DNA of 63,914 nt, counting the filler, from Octopus bimaculoides (lineage: Eukaryota): NCBI RefSeq assembly GCF_001194135.2. It is 6 parts of 5 records of this genome, joined end to end, with 100 filler letters (N's around TTAATTAATTAA, not from the genome) between each part and the next. Parts side by side here need not be neighbours in the genome. Positions count along the whole stretch, not along the records: positions 37,705 to 57,757 come from NC_068983.1; positions 57,858 to 63,914 come from NC_068987.1; 4 more parts are not named here. The stretch is one strand, 5' to 3'. The notes beneath the pieces are model-generated. The model worked only from the letters and a program-made list of their open reading frames with translations, was not told the DNA's origin and did not search any database. How positions within the stretch are numbered: the stretch's first letter is position 1; each line of letters opens with the position of its first letter. The position numbers and the translations under genes are program-made. Shown here piece by piece: positions 53,458-63,914 of the stretch.

Positions 53458-56400
53458 GCACGCACGCACACACACACACATGGCTTATTGTCTTTCTTTT
53501 ATGTATATATATTATGCATAGAAATTAAGCATGAAATAAAAATTAAATATCTAATCTACTTTAATGAATCATTGCCAAAATAAAGAGACTGTAAGAATGG
53601 AGTTTATCATTTTAACTTAAGAATTTGATATTTTCAGATGGCACATGTTCAAGATGTTAGCTGAAAGTACCAAAGTATAATCCTGAAACATTATTTGCAA
53701 TTTTCCATACCATTTCTCAAAATGCCTATTACTGCATCAATATACAAACACACACACACACACAAAGTCTTGTACACACACACATGTAGTTCCAAATAAA
53801 TGTGTGTATAAATGCACATGCACACATATACTAAGAATCAATAGATTTCAGCAAACTGGTATTTAATATTTAAAATAAAACTAGTTCTATTCACAGAAAA
53901 TTTACATTTTAAGCATTTTGCTTTAAATTAAAGAATATTATGTAACTTGGTAGAAAATGATCTTCATGTAGCTAAATGAATCATTTGCATAACACTCAAT
54001 TAAAATTCTCTAACTATAATTCTTTTCTTTTAAATAAATGCAAACAATGTTACTTTATCCAATAAGTAAATAATTTGGTTATATGCTAATATACTAAGAT
54101 ATCACTTCATATTTAATGATATCCATGTGGCTTCAATTATCAAAGGCAATGAAAACCTCTATGAAATTCCCTCCTGAAAGCTTTTGTAACTTATTTTTTA
54201 AAATATATTCTAGTAAACAATTTACACAGCAGGAAATCTGTTCATAAAATTATTTGTAAGAAGTTTGTTATTTTCTACCCTTCAGATTTTCAGAAATTTC
54301 TTTGTTTCATGAAAAAATAGTAAAATAAATAAACAGAATTAAATATTTAATGCCTCTCAGTTATATTTTATAAGTATTCTGGTTTTTTGCAAAAGTTACT
54401 GATTTTATGACTATTGAAACTAATCTCTCACATAAAGAGTTCTAATTTGAATTACCTTTACAAAATTTTAAATGACCTAAACAAATTAAACCATCTAAAT
54501 TTTATACACGATGTTTTTTTAACATGAAATAACACAAGTTAGAGATGAAAATTAAGAAAATTTAATCAAAAACAAAAAGTAAAATGCAAAATATAAGAAG
54601 TTGGGAAAAATTAGGAAAGAATAAGAGAAAAACAAGTAACGGGAAAAATTTTTTAACATTTCAAGGTGTGAACCAAACCTTAAATAGCTAGATTTTCTAT
54701 TTTATTATTAATGACAAAAAATAGCTATTTTTGTTATGAACCAAGAAATTGAAAACTTGGTTGTTTCTGTCAGCTTTAATAAATACCTTTAAAAGAACAG
54801 TTTATTCATTGCAATATTATGGAATTACAAGAATAAATATATACAACAGCTTGAAATGCTCCAAATAAATATAAAGGTAAAAAATGAGAATTGTAATTTG
54901 TTCCAAAATGCACTTTAAACAATGCTATGTAAAGTTCTTTCGCGTAGCACAACATTAGGATTCTTTAGAGGAATGAAAGCTAAGAAAATCCAAATCATAC
55001 AGCTCAGTTCTATAACAATTAATCATAACAAAATTTACAGAATCTACTGCCTTTCCAAGAAATACTATCTCTTTGCTTGGGGTTTTCAAGGTGTTCATAG
55101 CTCTTCAAATTCCTGAGAATTACTTATGGATAATTATGCTGAAGATTACATTGAAAATGGTTACTAACACTAAATTTTGTTATAAGATTTAACAGTAACA
55201 ACACTGTGATGAAAAACCAGTCCATTACCTATTTAATTCTTAGAATACACAGATCAAAGGATGAAAACCACAAGTCACCTATTAATTTTCTTCAAGAATA
55301 TAGAAGAAATAAAATATCAGTGAAATACAAATTCAATGAACAACAAGAAAAGTTATTTTAGCCCACCACTACCGTTTTCTATGATAACAAGCTCACCAAA
55401 ATACCTTGCGGATGTAATATATTAAGTGTAATGTACATAAAGAAATAATGGATGTGAGAAAAACAATAATTTAACTAATTTCATAATCCTTTATTAAAAA
55501 GAAAATCAACCAAAAGATTTAAATACAATCTTTAATATATCTCTTCTTGATATTATCCTTATGATTTACTTTTATTTATATTGTTTTTAATTACTGGACT
55601 TAGTTTCATCTTGATCAACATTAAACTACCAATTAAATAAGTTTAGTGAACAAACTTGGCTTAAAATTTTTCATATGAGATTTCTATTCAAAATATTAAT
55701 TCAATACACTCAAGTTTGTTATTAATATTGGTTAACCCTCAGCTAACATACTGAAAGTATGCCATCATTAACCAATTTTCTTTTAATTCGGGAATGTTTA
55801 AAATACTGTAAAAGGCAGTAAAATACATAGTATCTTACTTCAAATACATATTTTGGATCATATTATTAAATCAAATTTCATGTAATGAATTATACATATA
55901 TACATAAGCACATAGCTAATTCAATATTTAATTTTATCTGCATGATAATTTAAATACAATATAGGATATATCAAAAGCTCATTAAGAGGAAAGTTTGCAA
56001 AAGCAACATGTTTTAAAACTGGGTAAAAATATTGGAACATGCTACATTCGAATTCAAACAAATGACATTCAGAGGATCTGCAAAAGTGATACAAAACCAA
56101 GAATATATTTATGTTAACACATCACCGTAAAGTTAAATTGTAGTAGTATTTTACTACTTGAAGCCTAAATAATTCATAATTCATGCATCAAATAAAGAAC
56201 ACTTTTGGAAATATAACAATAAAAATGATGCATCTATAAATGAAGGTTAAGTCATGGTAAATTAGTTCTATAGGTAGAGAAATTATTAAATCTAATGAGG
56301 AAAACATTAGGGTACAGCAATAATATAATACTGCTATAAAGATCTGATACATTAAATTTCAAAATTGACTAACAATTCTTTTCTTAATTCATAATTTAAC

Positions 56401-57560
56401 AGAGATGTAAGTTTTACATTTTGAAATTATAATGCATATTTTTAAAGTTGTATTTCCATGTTTTTATTGAACAGTTTAAAGTTTATAAAACCACAGAAAA
56501 TAATTTAAATCAAATAGATCAATGATAACTTTTCTGATTACTGCTGTATAACATAGAAGTCACAGGAGTAAATCAGTAAACTTTCATTGACTGATTGGAT
56601 CTATTTCCTCAAAGTTTTATTAAAATATTGATATAAATAATAAAAATAAACAAGACCTTCCTTCAGTCACAAAACTGTTTTTTTAAATGCTTAAATCATT
56701 AAATGAATTTATGTAATACATTGCCAGAAAAAAAAATATAATCTGAAATAAAGTTTAAGCAACATATATTCATTGCAATTTAATTTTGTGGTGTAACTAG
56801 GAAATCTGTATTTATTCAGCTTATAGTCCTATCTAGAATAAATATAGATAAAACAGCTAATCAATACGCCAACTAATTAAATCACCTGAAAGCCAAATCA
56901 TTTACATATTCAAAACAATATCACTAAATTCATATTTAGGATATAAAATTAATTTAACTTAAACTGTTAAGTGTTCTAATTAACTAAATTAAAATTTTTT
57001 TAAATAGATGGTGCAATTTTTAATTCATGCAATTTCCCACAAATAATGGAAGTATTAAAAATAAAAATTAAACTTTTGTAAAGAACACCAGACTGTTATA
57101 TTTACGGCAAACAATTATTATAAAACCACAAATAAATTACAAAATTTGCTGATACTCAAAATCTTTCTAACCCAAAAATGATCCAAGAGAAGATTCAATC
57201 ACATAATCTCAGGATTCTTCATTAGTTACTATTATGCATAAATAGTTACCATTTCTAAATGTTAGACTATTGAATAGTAGTAAACCCCATATATAAATTT
57301 TAAATTCTAAGATCCCAAATAAAACTGACTGGGGAAATGTATAATTAAAGTGTTACACTAGTTAACATCATCATAAGATACGTAGAAAGCAGACCCCAAA
57401 AAAAAAAAAAACAGACCCTTTTACACTGTCCTAAACGACAAATTTTCCAAACAAAATAAAAATAAAAGAAATTTATAATTTACTTCTAATCCTTGAGACT
57501 AATGGAATTCCTTTAAAAATGAAAGAATAAATAACATTTATGGAAGAAAATTGCATTTAC

Positions 57561-57707
57561 CTTCTGTTTTTCTGCTTTTGTGGATGCAAGCTGCCGTGAT
57601 CGTTTACGCAACCCATCATAATGTTTTTGGAGTTTTGATAATTCAGGGGCAATACGTTCAAGTTCTTGGGCATCATTTGGATTAATAGCATTCCCCGATT
57701 TTTTGGC
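57561..57707 (-). CDS. Exon (49 codons, phase 0-0) resembling the KMT2C/D (MLL3/4) central coiled-coil
   Basis: Acceptor ttttactgcag|GCC, donor AAG|gtaaat. AKKSGNAINPNDAQELERIAPELSKLQKHYDGLRK aligns from memory with KMT2C AKKAGREFPEEDAEQLKHVTEQQSMVQKQLEQIRK. Exon call is strong; identity is moderate. Confidence 0.7.
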
Positions 57708-57907
57708 CTGCAGTAAAATATACATAAAAGAAAATATGTAAAGAAATACAAACACACNNNNNNNNNNNNNNNNNNNNNNNNNNNNNNNNNNNNNNNNNNN
57801 NTTAATTAATTAANNNNNNNNNNNNNNNNNNNNNNNNNNNNNNNNNNNNNNNNNNNNATGTTATTGGATTGTCAATTGTATCTCTCTATTTAATTTATTG
57901 CTTATAT

Positions 57908-57950
<43 letters not shown>

Positions 57951-58039
57951 CATATATATATGTATATATGTATGTATGTATGTATATATGTACACACACA
58001 CATATACACATATATAGACATATATACATATCATGAAAG

Positions 58040-58560
58040 TTGAAGCACCTCAAAGGTCAATTACAAAAACGATAGATGGCACGACAGGGTCAAGTAGAAA
58101 AGCTCAAGCTTTCTTCCCTCCAATGTCACCATGCGCTCGGCATCATCTGCATCATGTGGAAAATATTCCATCAGCGTTGCCCAAATGATGTTGGTATCAC
58201 CTTTAAAATACACCCAAGAATTGGGCCCCATGCTATCCGCGCATGACATGAAGCATACATCACACCACAACAATACAGCCCAATTATTCCACCTCAATTG
58301 GCCCCACCCTCTTCAGCATTACATCAAAACACATCAAAGCAGAAACAGACCCCATGAAGTTCAAGAAGTCTTTGGATAAATTCCTTCGTGAAATCCCGGA
58401 TAAACCTGCTACAGCCGGATATGTCTCCGTAAACAATAACTCTCTATTTGAGTGGACCATGTTGTCCGATTCCTGATTTGAATGACTTCGCCAGGTGGTG
58501 CTGTTAAGTTAGACATGGTCAGGGCCAATACTGGCCAAAACCTATCGAAGTATCAAAGTA
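58040..58560 (+). mobile_element. CR1-type LINE 3' end (second family)
   Basis: Frameshifted KLKLSSLQ...IMWKIFH...GP.LFS...FKKSLDKFLREIPDKP...NNNSLFEW, ending in aagtatcaaagta. Confidence 0.8.
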
Positions 58561-59049
58561 TATATATACACACACACATACATACGTGCATACACACACA
58601 CATATATATATATATACTTACACACACACTTCATACACACACATACATACATTTATGCATATACAATACATAGATACAGGCGTACATACATACTGATCCA
58701 CACACACACAATAAAGGAAAACAGATATTTATATCCACTTTTATTCAGCAGTTAATTACCTCTTTTCATTTCTGTACNNNNNNNNNNNNNNNNNNNNNNN
58801 NNNNNNNNNNNNNNNNNNNNNNNNNNNNNNNNNNNNNNNNNNNNNNNNNNNNNNNNNNNNNNNNNNNNNNNNNNNNNNNNNNNNNNNNNNNNNNNNNNNN
58901 NNNNNNNNNNNNNNNNNNNNNNNNNNNNNNNNNNNNNNNNNNNNNNNNNNNNNNNNNNNNNNNNNNNNNNCGCCAGGTGGTGCTGTTAAGTTAGACATGG
59001 TCAGGGCCAATACTGGCCAAAATTTGGAAATTTGGAAATGTGTGTGTAT

Positions 59050-59352
59050 CATCATCATCATCATCGTTTAACGTCCGCTTTCCATGCTAGCATGGGTTGG
59101 ACAATTTGACTGAGGACTGGTGAAACCGGATGGCAACACCAGGCTCCAATCTAATTTGGCAGAGTTTCTACAGCTGGATGCCCTTCCTAACGCCAACCAC
59201 TCAGAGAGTGTAGTGGGTGCTTTTATGTGTCACCCGCACGAGGGCCAGTGAGGTGGTACTGGCAACGGCTACGCTCAAAATGGTGTCTTTTATGTGCCAC
59301 CCACACAAGAGCCAGTCCAGGGGCACTGGCAACGATCTCGCTCGAAAATCCT
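59050..59352 (-). mobile_element. RTE 3' end with two hairpin units
   Basis: catcatcatcgtttaacgtccgctttcc...ggatgcccttcct...gccagtccaggggcactggc. Confidence 0.9.
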
Positions 59353-59363
59353 ATAAATCAAAG

Positions 59364-60295
59364 GTAGGACAGAAAGAACACACCAAGTGGAAATCAACAA
59401 AACACAACATGCGGAAAAATAGACAATAACATAACAAATGGCAAACAGGACAAAAACAAGAAACTTGGATCATTCACAGCCGATTTCCTCTTCGGTCAGT
59501 GTCCGAAAAGTCTTTGTGCAGTTTTTCCCTCATTCATCTTCTGAGACTGCTCGAATCTGGTGAGTGCCAGGGACTTTAGCTAAAAGCATTAAGCCTCTGG
59601 GAAAGGCGAACAAATGTATACAAGAATTATACACGTATAACAGAATACCTTTTGGCAATCCAACAGAAGGAAAACAATTGTACATTTACGAATACAAATA
59701 AATAACAGAAAAGGTTTTTTTAAACATCGGATGAACATAACGTTATGAAATGATAATGCAAGTACAACAGGAAAAGAATTATACAATGGACAAACACCTC
59801 TTGGCTACACAACAAAAGGAAAATAATTGTACAATTTCAGCATAAATAAAAACAAAAATAGCCTTTTGGCTATCGGACAAATGTAACAAGCTGGCACAAA
59901 GGAATAATGGAAAATCTGAACAGACTGGGCAGGTGGACAAAGACCCTTTTCTGTTATTTATTTGTATTCGTAAATGTACAATTGTTTTCCTTCTGTTGGA
60001 TTGCTAAAAGGTATTCTGTTATACGTGTATAATTCTTGTATACATTTGTTCACCTTTCCCAGAGGCTTAATGCTTTTAGCTAAAGTCCCTGGCACTCACC
60101 AGATTCGAGCAGTCTCAGAGATGAATGAGGGAAAAACTGCACAAAGACTTTTCGGACACTGACCGAAGAGGAAATCGGCTGTGAATGATCCAAGTTTCTT
60201 GTTTTTGTCCTGTTTGCCATTTGTTACGTTATCGTCTATTTTTCCGCATGTTGTGTTTTGTTGATTTCCACTTGGTGTGTTTTTTCTGTCCTATG
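59364..60295. repeat. Long inverted repeat: ~350-bp arms around a ~230-bp spacer
   Basis: About 59364-59715 is the near-exact reverse complement of about 59945-60295, with scattered substitutions. Confidence 0.9.
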
Positions 60296-60323
60296 TGGTG
60301 CACCGTACAGCTTGTCTACTTTG

Positions 60324-60393
<70 letters not shown>

Positions 60394-60533
60394 AGGTTAT
60401 GAAGGGTATTAGAGTCAATCAAACCCTAAAGATACAGGTAATACCGAGTAAGTGCTGTATACCGACTATTTTTGCCCCTGTCGTTGTATCAACATGAGTG
60501 GGGAATATAACATGGGTCGTGTATTAGCGTGTG

Positions 60534-60668
60534 TATGTATAAAGAAAGAAAAGGATAAAGAGACCAATGGCAAAGTTAGAATTATATTTTATGGATAAAG
60601 ACTTTATCCATAAAATATAATTCTAACTTTGCCATTGGTCTCTTTATCCTTTTCTTTCTTTATACATA
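60534..60668. repeat. Perfect palindrome, 67-bp arms, 1-nt centre (60601)
   Basis: Checked base by base. Confidence 0.95.
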
Positions 60669-60889
60669 TATATATATATATGCATATACATATATATACA
60701 TATAGATAGATAGATAGATAGATAGTTTCATGTACATGCTATCATACACACACACATGCTTACATACATACATTCATGCACACACACACACACGTGTGCA
60801 AGTACACTTACATACATATATATTCATGAATGCATGGATACACACACACACACACACACACGCACATGTGTGTGTATAGCTATTTCAAG

Positions 60890-61390
60890 GCATAGCTTAA
60901 CATTGACCATGTATTTTGATATTGTAACATTCTTGACGTTCGCATCTATTTCATTAATCTATGCAACAAACAACAGGAGACCAAGAACAGCTCCCTGAAG
61001 GACTCCTGGTATTATTGCATAAGTAACAGAGTGTTGTACTGTGACTTCCTCTTTGACCAAGAACGAAGAACTTCAACCAATTATAAAGATCAGTCCTCAC
61101 CACTATTGCAGAGAGCCTTGCAAAGAGTTGTTTGTCTGGCACAAAATTAAAGATTTTAGCAAAGTCAAGATTCATTACTTCTGTGATTTGGGCGATGTCT
61201 TCAAGAAATTCAATAAGTTGGCCACATCAGCTGGAGTTAGGGATAAATCCAAATTGTGAGGGTTGAATAAGATTATGAGAGTTTCAGAAATTCCAGAGTG
61301 TCTCTCTGACACAGAACTTCATCAATAATAGAGACCATTATATGGTAAACATAGACTTATTAAAAATAATTGCTAAAACCATCCTCAATT
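60890..61390 (-). mobile_element. Degenerate CR1/L2-type RT fragment
   Basis: QFGFIPNSS, MNLDFAKIF, PGVLQGAVLG.LLF. Confidence 0.75.
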
Positions 61391-61917
61391 TATGTCCTAC
61401 AATCTTATCTGTATGTATGTATATACATATGCATAACCCACCTCCACACACATATGTGGATGTGTGTGTCTATACATTCATTCATACATATATATACACG
61501 CATACACATATGACAAGTGCACAGGTGTGGCTATGTGGTTGAGAAGTATGCTACATGATACACAGATGGCCATTTAAATTTCATGTTGCCTCATTGCAGG
61601 AACCAAATGCGCACAAGGCAGTTATTAAAAGCTAACAGTGTGCATGTATTTATTATAGGATTGAGTGAAGAGTTTGTTGTGCTGGGGCAAATCTCTTACA
61701 TCTCGCTTCCTTCTTCATTCATCTGACAGACAAACTTATGTTTGTTTAAGCAGGTCAGTTTATTCTAACCTTGCTGCTTTATATAGCTTCTGCCCCACCT
61801 CATTCCATCCAGTTGGGAGAGGATTAGGTGGGGTGGATGAGGAATGTTATTGTCTGTTTTACAACCATTTATTCTTCTCAGACATTGCTATGAATGCCAG
61901 GATGCTGGGCAATGGCC

Positions 61918-62690
<773 letters not shown>

Positions 62691-63132
62691 CACATGGCTT
62701 CGGATCTTAACTGAATCGAAGTGCTACTCTCATGTACCTGTTTTGTCTTGGTGTAAAAGATGGCCTACAGCAAATATTCTGCCCAATGCTGCAGGTTTGT
62801 TGGTCAGTCGCTTGACCTGAGGCTGCTGGCCTTGCTGTACCGAAATGTGAAACCATTGTTATTTAAGGTGGCAAGTTGGCGGAATCCTTAGCAGATGCTG
62901 CTACTTTTGGTCCTGCCTGAGCGATTATGGGGCAGGGAGTAAGTTGTTTACATCAACTCCAGTATTCAACTGCTACTTATTTTATCAATCCCAATATGAT
63001 GAAAGGCTAAGTCAACCCTGGTGATATTTGATCTTAGAATGTAAACGACAAATGAAATGCCACTAAATATTTTACCTGGTTCAGTTATGAATCTGCCAAC
63101 TTGCTGCTTTACTGCTGCTGCTGCTGCTGCTG

Positions 63133-63173
<41 letters not shown>

Positions 63174-63189
63174 GGCTTCAAATTTTTGC

Positions 63190-63530
63190 ACAAGGCCAGC
63201 AATTTTGGGAGAGTGTGTAAGTCAGTTACATTGACTCCAGTGCATAACTGGTACCTGTTTTATTGACCCTGGAAGGATGGAAGGCAAAGCTGACCTTGGT
63301 GGAATTTGAATGCAGAACATTAAGATGGACACAAAGCTGCTGAGCATTTCGGCCAGCTCAGCACCTTGCTATTCCTCCTCCTCCTCCTGCTGCTGCTGCT
63401 GATGATGATGATGATAATCATTCTACTGTAAGCACAAGGCCTGAAATTGTAGGGAAGAGGTTAGCCAGTTTACATCAACCCAGTGCATAACTGGTACTTA
63501 TTTCATTGAACTCGAAAGGACCTCAGAGTA
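63190..63530 (-). mobile_element. SINE family B fragments (at least two)
   Basis: ccagtgcataactggtac...gaaggatggaaggcaaagctgaccttggtggaatttgaa; repeated at about 63440-63530. Confidence 0.65.
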
Positions 63531-63726
63531 AAGACGTACGATATGCTGCAAAGTTCTTTACAAACTTTCCTTTTCACTTTTCTATATTTTGTTCAATATC
63601 CTCTCCCCACTCGCTCACCCATTATGGATGATCTTTTTCACTCTGGAATTTTTGTCATGCATGTCTTTCATTCAGTCTTTGACAATAGATTAAACAGAAT
63701 ATTATCAGCATCAATCTAACCAGTTT

Positions 63727-63914
63727 CATCAGTCTCATTATTCTCATCAGTCTCATTATTCTCATCAGTCTCATTATTCTCATCAGTCTCTCTTGTCTCA
63801 TCAGTCTCATTATTCTCATCAGTCTCATTATTCTCATCAGTCTCATTATTCTCATCAGTCTCATTATTCTCATCAGTCTCTCTTGTCTCATCAGTCTCAT
63901 TATTCTCATCAGTC
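63727..63914. repeat. 18-bp tandem repeat with 90-bp higher-order period, runs off window end
   Basis: Unit A catcagtctcattattct; variant B catcagtctctcttgtct at 63781 and 63871. Confidence 0.95.

Noticed and set aside
58971-59025. Second copy of the CR1 tail (ccaggtggtgctgttaagttagacatgg...) after a gap; similar duplication at 20058-20090
   Set aside because: Exact duplication across a gap; probably an unmerged contig overlap.
59478-59520. Hammerhead-like cacag...ccgaaaagtc.tttgtg in the 350-bp inverted arm
   Set aside because: No CUGANGA in register and stem III cannot pair.

Overview
AT-rich, gap-ridden eukaryotic scaffold. The repeat families, microsatellite load and N-gap style look like an octopus (cephalopod) genome; this is inference from pattern recognition, not a database hit. 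Recognisable host coding sequence is limited to two in-phase minus-strand exons (57561-57707, 52910-53203) resembling the coiled-coil plus Pro/Gln-rich middle of a KMT2C/D (MLL3/4) protein, and one unidentified coding-like island near 5.0-5.2 kb. The rest is mostly mobile DNA: RTE and CR1 LINE fragments, two SINE families, a mariner, a Tc1, an internally deleted Helitron and a Helentron-type non-autonomous element. The most interesting layer is a set of short elements carrying hammerhead-ribozyme (HHR) motifs, many arranged as fold-back inverted repeats, as is typical of Penelope-like element (PLE) termini. These comprise an intact type I HHR at 14445-14508, a second family with palindromic stem III (28862-28909 and relatives), a third family whose two copies share a non-canonical CUGUUGA core (29211-29246, 37444-37480), and a fourth family in which all hammerhead parts appear in a scrambled order that no circular permutation explains (51114-51171). 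All structures were paired by eye; no ribozyme activity is demonstrated.
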